DNA of 64,000 nt from an uncultured cyanobacterium (GTDB taxonomy: Bacteria > Cyanobacteriota > Cyanobacteriia > Cyanobacteriales > Nostocaceae), in NCBI GenBank assembly GCA_963740315.1, contig CAVUDP010000002.1, forward strand, positions 3,008,001-3,072,000, given 5' to 3'. The notes under the pieces were generated by a model, which saw only the letters and a program-made list of their open reading frames with translations, was not told the DNA's origin and did not search any database. A program made the position numbers and the translations under genes. Below are positions 1 to 9,170 of this stretch, one piece after another (the stretch's first letter is position 1; the number at the start of each line of letters is the position of its first letter).

Positions 1-1
1 A

Positions 2-397
2 GTTATATCTAATCTTGGTTATCAAAAATACTATCAACCAGACTTACTAATTCCCATTATCGAAAATATATCTAAAACTAAACCCGTTTTAATTGCTACA
101 ACTCATCGCAGCTTGTCGCAAACTGGAGAAATCATGGGTATAGCCGCACAAATAAAAATTAGCAATTCGCCCATCGATGCTCGATTTTTACTTATCCCTG
201 AAGATCAAAAATCCGACAGTGCCACAAAAAAATTAATTGAAGAAATAAAAATATTACCACCTCCTTTCGACTTGTGGTTAACAAACTTCCATACATTTCA
301 AAACAGTTCCTTAACCGCCTTACCATCCTGTACTGCTGATACTCAAGCTTTACCGGGAGTCGATGGATATGATTACAAAATTTATCATTGCAAATAA
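2..397 (+). CDS. C-terminal part of a membrane glycosyltransferase (GT39/PMT-like), truncated by the window edge
   Basis: The frame is open from base 2 (VISNLGYQKYYQPDLL...ATTHRSLSQTGEIMG) to the stop at 397. It resembles C-termini of cyanobacterial GT39-like proteins. Confidence 0.55.
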   Translation, partial: VISNLGYQKYYQPDLLIPIIENISKTKPVLIATTHRSLSQTGEIMGIAAQIKISNSPIDARFLLIPEDQKSDSATKKLIEEIKILPPPFDLWLTNFHTFQNSSLTALPSCTADTQALPGVDGYDYKIYHCK

Positions 398-449
398 AAC
401 TAGTAGCTAGTACCCCACGGCTTAGATAGCGAAGCTATTAAAATGGTCA

Positions 450-601
450 GAAGTCGGGTTTTTAGAATACGTATCTATAATACACTTACCTTCTTTGATC
501 AAAACCCGACTTCTCAACCGTCTTCTGTGGTTTAGAAGTCGGGTTTTTAGAATAGGGATCTGTAATATATTTATAAATTTGATAAAAACCCGACTTCTCA
601 A
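450..601. repeat. Two tandem copies of an inverted-repeat element (AGAAGTCGGGTTTT...AAAACCCGACTTCT)
   Basis: Copies at ~450-517 and ~534-601 lie between convergent genes. Confidence 0.85.
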
Positions 602-617
602 TCGGAGCCTCGCGTCT

Positions 618-1190
618 CTACAAACCTGCCATCGTGCGTAAATTTGAACGGCGAATTAATTCGACAAAATTTAAAGTAGAACGTTTTTCAATTTTGGCAG
701 CGGTTTCGATTGCTTTTAACAGATGCTCTGCTGCTTCGGCTTGTGAATAACCGCGTCGCTCTACTAAATTAATAGCCGCCATATCCGCAGCAATTTCCGA
801 TTCTTGAGAATGGTTATTGCGCCAAATACGAAGAATAGCGATCGCGCTTAATCCACCAGCTGCAACAACGCCTACCGCATCACCTTGAGCCGATTCGATC
901 GAGCCACCGAAAAGTCCAGCTAGCACGACACCTTGATATATATCAGGCTTAAACCACCGTACCTCACTCAACCAGCTAACGGTACGCAACAGCAGTAAGT
1001 CTCGTTGTTGTTTGCTAAGATTACGCCACAAATCAAAGTTAATATATATCAATCTTTCTCGATGCCAAGGTAAGGGAAACGATGCATCAATTACTTTTAA
1101 CTGTTCTGGCTTATTCAGAATTTTTGCCGTATTTCTAGCGGAAGCAGGCATTAATTCTAATAAACGACGAATTTCTACCTTTGGCTCCAT
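618..1190 (-). CDS. DUF3318-like conserved cyanobacterial membrane protein
   Basis: 190 aa, with an EIRRLLELMPAS N-terminus and a central hydrophobic hairpin. Confidence 0.7.
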   Translation of the reverse strand: MEPKVEIRRLLELMPASARNTAKILNKPEQLKVIDASFPLPWHRERLIYINFDLWRNLSKQQRDLLLLRTVSWLSEVRWFKPDIYQGVVLAGLFGGSIESAQGDAVGVVAAGGLSAIAILRIWRNNHSQESEIAADMAAINLVERRGYSQAEAAEHLLKAIETAAKIEKRSTLNFVELIRRSNLRTMAGL

Positions 1191-1197
1191 GATTTAA

Positions 1198-1250
1198 ACT
1201 TGGGAATTGGGCATCGGGCATGAGGAATTGGGGATTGGGCATTGGGAATA
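1198..1250. repeat. STRR heptamer tract (TTGGGCA/TTGGGGA-like)
   Basis: Degenerate 7-mer tandem repeats, with a complementary tract at ~1530-1565. Confidence 0.8.
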
Positions 1251-1580
1251 GGAGTCAAATCGGTATTGTGTATTTACAGGTATTAGGTACTCAGATGAAA
1301 GTATTTATATTATTTAGAGAGTCTTGTTAAAATCTTATGTACCTGCGGAAGGAGTGATGAATACAAAACTTAGGTACTAATAACCTATTTATAGTCATTG
1401 AAAATTTATATTGCAATCTCAAACCATTACAAATTCATCAAAAGTATGTAATTCCTTACTTACTAATTTTTCTTAGCTCTTATAAAAATAGGTAATGGAA
1501 AATAGTAAAGTAAAGCTATGGGCTGAACCATGCCCAATGCCCCATCCCCCATGCCCAATCCCCACTAACTATTAATTTTT

Positions 1581-1832
1581 ATGGATGCTTTTGCTCCTGT
1601 ACCTCCTCAATGGACAAACGAAGCGACTCATGCTTTAGAATTTTGCTGTCCTAAATGCGGTTCAACTAGTCGTGAAGCCGAAAAAGTTTGGATAAATAGA
1701 CGCTCTCCTGTTGTGACAGAAATGTATCGCCGTAAATGGCAAGAATTTTACTACTGTAACTGCTCTCATGTATGGTGGGCTTGGAGTAACGATCGACCAC
1801 CTGCTGAGAATTCCGAGAGAATGCCGGATTAG
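1581..1832 (+). CDS. Small Cys-containing (Zn-ribbon-like) hypothetical protein
   Basis: 83 aa with CPKC and CNCSH motifs. Confidence 0.7.
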   Translation: MDAFAPVPPQWTNEATHALEFCCPKCGSTSREAEKVWINRRSPVVTEMYRRKWQEFYYCNCSHVWWAWSNDRPPAENSERMPD

Positions 1833-1870
1833 TCGCAATTTGAAATTAATAAATAATAAATAAAGATATT

Positions 1871-1894
1871 AAAAAACCTGCTCCGGGCAGGCTT
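1871..1894. terminator. Bidirectional intrinsic terminator
   Basis: AAAAAACCTGC-TCCGG-GCAGGCTTT hairpin between convergent genes. Confidence 0.6.
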
Positions 1895-1945
1895 TGATAA
1901 ATATGGGAGACGTAATGTCCACCCGTCTCTACATAATTAACAGAT

Positions 1946-3535
1946 TTAGAACTTGAAGGTTGTACGTAGCGTACCTACATAAACGGTGTCGTTATCGTTG
2001 TTATGTTCGGGGTTGAAGATTACCAACAAGCCAGGAGTAACAGAAATTCTGTCGTTGAGCTTCATCTTGTAAAGACCTTCTAAGTGGTAAGAAGTATCTT
2101 CGTCTCTAGTAGCACCTGTAACATTGCTGATCTTAGTTACTTTGGGAGGTTGACCGAAGATTAAACCCAAGGTATTACCTTTAGCACCGAAATCCTTCAT
2201 ACCAAGTGTAGCAGCCCAGTACTCAACTTCTGAATCTCCAGTACCATTAGTTTCATCAGCATCAATAAAACCGTACCAACCAGCAAGAGTTGTCTTTTTA
2301 TTGAGTTGTAAAGCAGCTTGTACGCCGTAATGGTTGGAGGTAGTTGCAGCATCGTCAAAAGGTCTTCTGGTATCGTTAGCACCCGTGCTACCAGTGATGT
2401 TGGCACTGCCATTATCAAAACGACGCACGTAGGTTGCACCTATGTTCAAAGCTTTTATAGGCTGGACTTCTACCTGACCTAAGAAAGCATTGCTGCCATT
2501 GAAAATACCAGTCTCGGTATCAGCTGGATTACCAGAGGTATAAGATCCGCTCAATTTGATCGGAGACTTTTTACCACCTAACACCGCTGTTACACCAGCG
2601 TCACCGCTCGCAGAGCGATAGATGGGGCTGAAACGACCGTAACGAGAGATAGCACCACTGCCACTGCTTTTAAACAAGGGGTTGAATACGTTGACGTTTT
2701 CGTAGATATCAGCTTCATTAACGTCAATCTTAGCCATAACACCCTTTGCAGGCTTGAAGCTGTAGTACAATTCGGTAAGATCGAAATTGTTACCGTTGTC
2801 ACCATCAAAGCTTAAACGAGACATTCTGGTGCCTGTTGGACCAGTAAATTCCGGAGTGTTGCGAGCTTGCAAACGTACTCTCAACTTGTCTTTACCAGTG
2901 AAGCTGGTATCAAAGTTCAAACGAGCGCGGTTGGTTAGGATTACGTTGTCATCTACGTCATCTGTGCTATCAGCTTTATTGTCGCCAAAAGCACCGGAAA
3001 CTGCAAATACAACTTCACCACTTAACTTAGCGGTAGTAGAGAACTGGTTAGCTTCCAATTCAGCAGTGCGGGACTCCAAACCATCTACACGACCGCGTAG
3101 AGTAGCCAATTCAGCACCGTACTCTTCTTGCAAGCGCTTCAAGGTTTGCAAATCACCCGAACCAACTTGCTCGGTTGCGATCGCAATTAATTCGTTCATG
3201 CGATCCAAACAAGCGTTCAAACCAGCCGCGAATTCGTAACGGGTTAAAGCGCGGTTTCCACGGAAAGTTCCGTTAGGATAACCAGCAATACAGCCGTAGC
3301 GCTCTACCAAAGATTGCAATGCTTGGAATGCCCAATCAGTGGGCTGTACGTCGGAAAACTGAGAAACGGATGTTACTTGACCGATATTGCTATTTTCAGA
3401 TAGTTCGGCAACAGAAGTGTTTTTTTCGGTTGCTTCACCAGCGGATGCGCCGTTAGCAGCGAAAAATGTTGCAGCAAGAACTACTGGACTTAATTTGAAA
3501 ACGTTCCACAAAAGCTTTATCATTTTTTCTCTCAC
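1946..3535 (-). CDS. SLH-domain OprB-type outer-membrane porin (SomA/SomB family), copy 1
   Basis: Signal peptide, SLH motif QVTSVSQFSDVQPTDWAFQAL, coiled coil, and C-terminal YVGTLRTTFKF. Confidence 0.95.
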   Translation of the reverse strand: MREKMIKLLWNVFKLSPVVLAATFFAANGASAGEATEKNTSVAELSENSNIGQVTSVSQFSDVQPTDWAFQALQSLVERYGCIAGYPNGTFRGNRALTRYEFAAGLNACLDRMNELIAIATEQVGSGDLQTLKRLQEEYGAELATLRGRVDGLESRTAELEANQFSTTAKLSGEVVFAVSGAFGDNKADSTDDVDDNVILTNRARLNFDTSFTGKDKLRVRLQARNTPEFTGPTGTRMSRLSFDGDNGNNFDLTELYYSFKPAKGVMAKIDVNEADIYENVNVFNPLFKSSGSGAISRYGRFSPIYRSASGDAGVTAVLGGKKSPIKLSGSYTSGNPADTETGIFNGSNAFLGQVEVQPIKALNIGATYVRRFDNGSANITGSTGANDTRRPFDDAATTSNHYGVQAALQLNKKTTLAGWYGFIDADETNGTGDSEVEYWAATLGMKDFGAKGNTLGLIFGQPPKVTKISNVTGATRDEDTSYHLEGLYKMKLNDRISVTPGLLVIFNPEHNNDNDTVYVGTLRTTFKF

Positions 3536-3886
3536 TCACACCTACCGTTTTAACCACCGTCAAATTATTCGTTTTATCACCGAATATTTACTGGTAGCTG
3601 TTGTATTAGATTAAAAGCCAATACTGGTAGTTAAAACAAGTAAACCAATACACCTTTTCCATATTTATTCTTTTTTTATCTATTTATGATACGAAAATGG
3701 TGGTTTTTAGGTATATTAGCGTTCGCGAGCTATTTAAAGTTTTATAGCAGACTTATTATGATATTTTGGTATTTTTAATTACCATGTATATTTTATAAAG
3801 GTAAATTAGATTAAAAATTGAATTAGTTGGGTTAAGCAGAGGCAACACACTTTGGTCTGTCCTATTAATGAAGGCGGGGTAATCAA

Positions 3887-3944
3887 GGTTCGTAGTAAGG
3901 ACTTTAGTCCTAAATCCGGAGGGCTAAAGCCCTTACTACAAACC
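3887..3944. repeat. GTAG-tagged REP-like doublet, family A (GGTTCGTAGTAAG-hairpin ... hairpin-CTTACTACAAACC)
   Basis: Inverted pair. Further copies at 12249-12307, 12368-12437, 12490-12549, 46769-46838, 55098-55155 and 63449-63509. Confidence 0.85.
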
Positions 3945-4117
3945 TATCAAAATTAATGGGAATAACCATGCTTTGGTCTGTCCCATTAATTTTGATGGGT
4001 ATATTTTCAGTCCTATTTATAAGACTTTTGCTATTAGATGGGGGTTTACAACCTCCGTCGGACTACCCCCTCTACCCCCTCCCTAATACAACCTATGAAA
4101 ACTAATGAAAAGAACTA

Positions 4118-5752
4118 CTAGAAACTAAAAGTAGTACGCAAAGTACCTACATAAATAGTATCGTTGTTATCGTTGTGTTCTGGATTGAAGATAACTAATA
4201 ACCCCGGTGTTAGCGAAACATTATCGTTTAATTGCAGCCTGTACAAAGCTTCCAAATGATATGAAGTATCTAAATCTTCGCGATCGTTGACATCGTTATC
4301 AGTAATTTTTGGCGGTTGACCGAAAATAATACCTAAAAGACTATTTTTTGTGCCAAAGTCCCTTATACCCAAATTTGCAGCCCAGTAGAATATATCTGCA
4401 TCTGCACCATCATTTGGTCCGGTTAAAGCTTTAGCAGTAGTATAACCAGCCCAACCGCCAACGCTTAATTTAGAACTGGGTCGGAAGTTCGCTTGTACGC
4501 TGTAGTTATTAGCTGTAGTCGCTACACCACCGAATGGCTCGTCAACAAATCTGCTACCCGTACTTCTAAATAAATTGACTCGATTCGTTCCACCAGTATT
4601 GCGATAAGTACGGGCGTAGCTTGCACCAACGTTAAAAGATTTAGAAGGCTCGAAGTCTACCTGACCGAAAACGCTATTAGCACCGTTAAAAACTCCGTCT
4701 GGGTCGTTTGGATCGCTAGATCTGCGGGCTAAATAAGCACCCGTAAATTTAATTTTCCCTTGAGGATTAGCAGTTACGGTTAAACCAGCACCACCTGCAC
4801 CTTGACGATAAATGGGGCTAAAACGTCCGTAGCGGGATATTGAACCCGTTCCGCTGTCCTCAAAATTGGGGTTGAAGGTGTTAACGTTTCTAAATATTTC
4901 GGCGTTAGTAGCGTCAACTTTTACTCGCAATGCTTTACCCAAGTTGAAAGCATAACTGAGTTTATCCAGACCAACATCGTTATTAGCTTCACCGAAAACA
5001 TTATCAAATGAAAGACGAGTCATGTCGGTACCCGTGATACCGCTATTATCAAATTGACGATTGTATCTGGTGATATTGCCAGCATTCAAACGAATTTGCA
5101 ACTCGTCTGTACCAGTAAAGCTACTGTTTAAATATAGGCGGATGCGATCGCTAAAAGTGGTATTACTCTCAAGGTCGCGATTATTATTTGGGTTTGTATC
5201 ATTATCTGCTCTTCGATCGCCAAAAGCATTAGAAAAGTTAAATATCGCTCGCCCTTGGAGTTTGGTAGTAGTAGAAAATTGATTGGCTTCTAATTTAGCG
5301 GTACTTGCTTCGAGTGCATCAACCCGACCGCGCAAAGTTGCCAATTCTGGACCAAATTCTGACTGCAATCTTTGTAAAACGATTAAATCGTCTCTGGATA
5401 TTATATTTGTTGTTGCTGTGGCAATCAGCTCGTTGACTCTGTTCAGGCAAGCATTTAATCCAGCTGCGAATTCATAACGAGTCATGGCGCGATTACCGCG
5501 ATAAGTCCCGTTGGGATAACCAGCGATACAACCATACCTTTCTACTAAAGATTGCAACGCTTGAAACGCCCAATCTGTAGGCTGTACGTCAGAAAATTGA
5601 GACACTGACGTTACCTGACTCATAGGTGCTTCTTCTAAGAGTTCCGTAACCGTTGTTAACTGTTGTTCTGCTAAAGCAGGATTTACAGCAACAAATGAAG
5701 CTACTGTCAGCACCGGGCTAATTTGGAGAAAATTCTTAAACAGTTTTTCCAT
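4118..5752 (-). CDS. SLH-domain OprB-type porin, copy 2
   Basis: Same SLH motif and C-terminal GTLRTTFSF. Confidence 0.95.
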   Translation of the reverse strand: MEKLFKNFLQISPVLTVASFVAVNPALAEQQLTTVTELLEEAPMSQVTSVSQFSDVQPTDWAFQALQSLVERYGCIAGYPNGTYRGNRAMTRYEFAAGLNACLNRVNELIATATTNIISRDDLIVLQRLQSEFGPELATLRGRVDALEASTAKLEANQFSTTTKLQGRAIFNFSNAFGDRRADNDTNPNNNRDLESNTTFSDRIRLYLNSSFTGTDELQIRLNAGNITRYNRQFDNSGITGTDMTRLSFDNVFGEANNDVGLDKLSYAFNLGKALRVKVDATNAEIFRNVNTFNPNFEDSGTGSISRYGRFSPIYRQGAGGAGLTVTANPQGKIKFTGAYLARRSSDPNDPDGVFNGANSVFGQVDFEPSKSFNVGASYARTYRNTGGTNRVNLFRSTGSRFVDEPFGGVATTANNYSVQANFRPSSKLSVGGWAGYTTAKALTGPNDGADADIFYWAANLGIRDFGTKNSLLGIIFGQPPKITDNDVNDREDLDTSYHLEALYRLQLNDNVSLTPGLLVIFNPEHNDNNDTIYVGTLRTTFSF

Positions 5753-6009
5753 ACGATCTAATAATTGTTGCCTGCAATACTAACATCGAAACATTCAATC
5801 ACAAGTAAGATCGGCAATTTACGTGTTTTGCTTATAAAAATGTTAAATAAATACTGGATCGGGATGATGCTTTCCGGTAATTATACTCAAGACATAGAAA
5901 AGAAAAGTCTCTATTACCGTAGGCTTAATTTATTACTTGGCTGCTCGAAGACTACAGACGCTTTGACTTAGAGATTTTTTTTAACTTCCAAATAACTTGT
6001 TAACTTGTA

Positions 6010-6124
6010 ACTTGTTCCCAGGTTCCACCTGGGAATACAGTTTAGGAGGCTCTGCCTCCGCTGCGTATATCTAACGAGCCAGAGACTCTTGAAATGCGTT
6101 CCCAGCCGGAGTCTGGGAACGAGT
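6010..6124. repeat. Palindromic MITE/REP-like element
   Basis: Terminal hairpins TTCCCAGG-TTCCA-CCTGGGAA and GTTCCCAG...CTGGGAAC, an internal GGAGGC-TCT-GCCTCC hairpin, and mutually inverted ends. Confidence 0.7.
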
Positions 6125-6145
6125 TAAATAGATTTAATATGCTAA

Positions 6146-6169
6146 CAAAAAAGCCTGCAAAAGCAGGCT
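6146..6169 (-). terminator. Intrinsic terminator of porin copy 3
   Basis: AGCCTGC-AAAA-GCAGGCT hairpin followed by a U-tract on the minus strand. Confidence 0.7.
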
Positions 6170-6211
6170 CCATCTAACTTATAAGCATTTTATTAAATTG
6201 CTAAAACCATC

Positions 6212-7828
6212 TTAGAATTTGAAAGTAGTACGCAGCGTACCGACATAAATGGTCTCGTTACCGTCATTGTGTTCTGGATTGAAGATAACTAATATGCCAG
6301 GAGTGATGGCAATATTATCATTGATGGGTAATTTGTAAAGTCCCTCTAGGTGATAAGAAGTATCATCGTCTTCTCTAGCGTTAATATCGTTGTCGGTTAC
6401 TTTGGGTGGTTGACCAAAGATCACACCAAGAGTACTACCTTTAGCACCGATGTCTCTGAAAGCCAACGCGGCTGCCCAGTAGAACATTTCCGCATCAGAA
6501 CCTTCAACTCCAGCTCCTCCGGATTTGGCTGTTGCTTCTGAATAACCAGCCCAACCTGAAAGAGCTATCTTAGAAGTGGGGCTTATTAATGCTTGTACGC
6601 CGTAGTTATTGCTGGTAGTTGCAACAGGACCAAAGGGCTGATTCGCAAAAGCGCTACCTGTAGAACTAAATAAATTAACGCCGCCTTCTTGATTTTGGTA
6701 TCTACGAGCATAAGTCAAACCAACACCAAAGGCTTTACTTGGTTTGAAAGAAACTTGACCGACGGCTGTAAAATTACCATCAAAAACTCCCGTACCCGAT
6801 CCTGGGTTGCTGTTTTCATCAGTTAAGTAAGCTACAGATGCGCTGATCGGAGATTTGGGAGCGAAGGTTAAAGTTAAACCAGCACCACCACCTTGACGGT
6901 AAATCGGGCTGAAACGTCCGTAACGCGATATTGCACCACTACCGCTGCTTTCAAAAGCGGGGTTAAAGACATCTATGTTATCGTTCAATTCAGCATCAAC
7001 GGCATCAACTTTTACTCGTAGGGCATCGCTGAGTGGAAATTCGTACCATAATTCGCCAATTTCAAAGTCGTTATCGTCTTCTCCGTCAAAGCCCAGACGG
7101 GTCATATTAGTACCTGTTCGACCTCTGTTATATTGGGTAACGTTTCTAGCTTGCAGGCGGACTCTTAATTTATCTTTTCCGGTAAAACTAGAATCAAAAT
7201 TCAGACGTACCCGGTCGGTAAAGGTAGTGTTATCTGCATCACTTTCTAAGTCTGTACCACCAATAGCCTCGCCAAAAGCATCAGAAAAAGCAAATATTAC
7301 TTCACCATTTAATTTAGTAGTGGTAGAAAACTGATTTGCTTCTATTTCAGCAGTACGAGCTTCTAATGCATCTACCCTACCGCGTAAGGTTGCTAGCTCT
7401 GCACTAAATTCTTCTTGCAAACGTCGTAAAGTTGCTAAATCTTCTCTACTAACAATATTTGCTGTCGCGGTTGCAATTAATTCGTTAACTCTATCCAAAC
7501 AAGCATTCAAACCTGCGGCAAATTCATAACGAGTTAAAGCTCGATTCCCGCGATATGTACCGTTCGGATAACCCGCAATACAACCGTAACGCTCTACCAA
7601 TGATTGCAGTGCTTGAAATGCCCAATCTGTTGGCTGAACGTCCGAAAACTGCGATACTGATGTTACCTGAGCCATCGAACCTGTCTCTTCAGATAACTCG
7701 GCAACAGGTGTTACTTGCTCGTTAACTTCCTCTGCTAGTACACTGTTAGCAGTAAAAACTGTAGCTGCTAAAATCGCTGGACTTAGTTTCAGAGTATTCC
7801 AAATAGATTTTCTCATCTTCTCGCTCAC
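6212..7828 (-). CDS. SLH-domain OprB-type porin, copy 3
   Basis: Same SLH motif and C-terminal YVGTLRTTFKF. Confidence 0.95.
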   Translation of the reverse strand: MSEKMRKSIWNTLKLSPAILAATVFTANSVLAEEVNEQVTPVAELSEETGSMAQVTSVSQFSDVQPTDWAFQALQSLVERYGCIAGYPNGTYRGNRALTRYEFAAGLNACLDRVNELIATATANIVSREDLATLRRLQEEFSAELATLRGRVDALEARTAEIEANQFSTTTKLNGEVIFAFSDAFGEAIGGTDLESDADNTTFTDRVRLNFDSSFTGKDKLRVRLQARNVTQYNRGRTGTNMTRLGFDGEDDNDFEIGELWYEFPLSDALRVKVDAVDAELNDNIDVFNPAFESSGSGAISRYGRFSPIYRQGGGAGLTLTFAPKSPISASVAYLTDENSNPGSGTGVFDGNFTAVGQVSFKPSKAFGVGLTYARRYQNQEGGVNLFSSTGSAFANQPFGPVATTSNNYGVQALISPTSKIALSGWAGYSEATAKSGGAGVEGSDAEMFYWAAALAFRDIGAKGSTLGVIFGQPPKVTDNDINAREDDDTSYHLEGLYKLPINDNIAITPGILVIFNPEHNDGNETIYVGTLRTTFKF

Positions 7829-7889
7829 ACCGATACAATTATTCTTGTTAATAAAGTCATAAGTTCACCCTTAAATTCAAATCTAGTTA

Positions 7890-7920
7890 GATTTAAGTCT
7901 AATATTAAGATTAATTTAAG
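7890..7920 (-). promoter_or_regulatory. Candidate Pho (SphR) box
   Basis: The minus strand reads CTTAAATT-aat-CTTAATAT-taga-CTTAAATC, three CTTAA repeats at 11-12 nt spacing, similar to the cyanobacterial PyTTAAPyPy(T/A) box. Confidence 0.45.
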
Positions 7921-8001
7921 GGATTTTACTTATGGACAAACAAGCTAATTCTACCAGAAAACTGTTAAGTGGTTAACAGTGTTAACCACCTAACATTATT
8001 A

Positions 8002-8619
8002 TTATTTTCTACCGTCTTGATTAGGTAAACGTAGAATGATGCGACGTTTGTGACGTACTATATTCTGTTCGTCTTCAAACTGTTGCAACAAGCGAGTTAC
8101 AGTAACACGTGTTGTATTTAACACTTCTGCCATCTCTTGATGAGTAACGTTAAGGTCGATAAGTCTACCTTGTTCTACTTCACGACCAAACTTTTCACCC
8201 AACCATACCAAAAATTGCCACAAACGTAGCGAAATTGGCTTACGATGTACTATACTTAATAACTCCTCTGACTGTTGAATGTGAGAAACCAAGGCTTCAA
8301 CGTCTTGATGCCACATTTGAGGTGGTAAAACGCTGACTTCAACACTGGTCAGACATTCGATTTGGTAAGGCTTAACGCAAGAAAGTGGGTAGCCAACCAA
8401 ATCTCCCGGACCCCAGTAACCTAAAGTGATAAATGCCCCATCTTCACTCCAGGTTAATGTCCGAACTGCTCCCCGCTCAATCCGCCATAGTACGTCGTTA
8501 CGTGGCGGAATGACTTCACGACGGGTAAATAGTCTTTGTGGCAGCGAAGTGCCAGTACTATTATTCGTATTTTGATTTTGCGAAAAACTATTGTTTGCAG
8601 GGCGATTTGTCGAATACAT
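8002..8619 (-). CDS. Crp/Fnr-family transcriptional regulator (possibly PtrA-like)
   Basis: cNMP-like domain plus Crp HTH (THQEMAEVLNTTRVTVTRLL), inside the phosphate cluster. Confidence 0.85.
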   Translation of the reverse strand: MYSTNRPANNSFSQNQNTNNSTGTSLPQRLFTRREVIPPRNDVLWRIERGAVRTLTWSEDGAFITLGYWGPGDLVGYPLSCVKPYQIECLTSVEVSVLPPQMWHQDVEALVSHIQQSEELLSIVHRKPISLRLWQFLVWLGEKFGREVEQGRLIDLNVTHQEMAEVLNTTRVTVTRLLQQFEDEQNIVRHKRRIILRLPNQDGRK

Positions 8620-9170
8620 TATGGAAAGTTCCTAGTTGGGTTTGTTGTTTGTGTTTGCTTAATTTAAAAGCGGTCAAAGGTATCCAGTAGATTTGCCATC
8701 ACCCTGTAAAACATGGTCAAATCTAATTGCGATCTAACTCGTTAACTTAGCAGTTTTTATTTTGCTCTATCTTCTGTTAGATAGAATTTTCTTTGGCTCA
8801 GCCAAAAGGTAGATGAAGTGTCTCAAGGTACTCTGCTAATTTATAGATAATTATGTGATGAAGATTTGATTCATCCTAAGTATCTGCCCTGAGAAAAACA
8901 TTGCTGGCGCGATAAGTGCGGTCGGACTACAAATATTTAGCAGTAATAATACAATAATAGCAAAGTATAATTTGCGACAGCGCAATTAGCACAACATTTA
9001 CCATTATTACCTAAATTTGCTACTTTGTGTTTATGAGAACGTTACTTTGTGTTTATGGTAACGTTAAATTACATTTATGCTTAGTTGCGAAATCCTCTCA
9101 AAAAAAACAAATCTGCGGTATCCAGAATAACATTAGAAGCTATTCTAGAACAGTTGAGAATAGTTTGCAA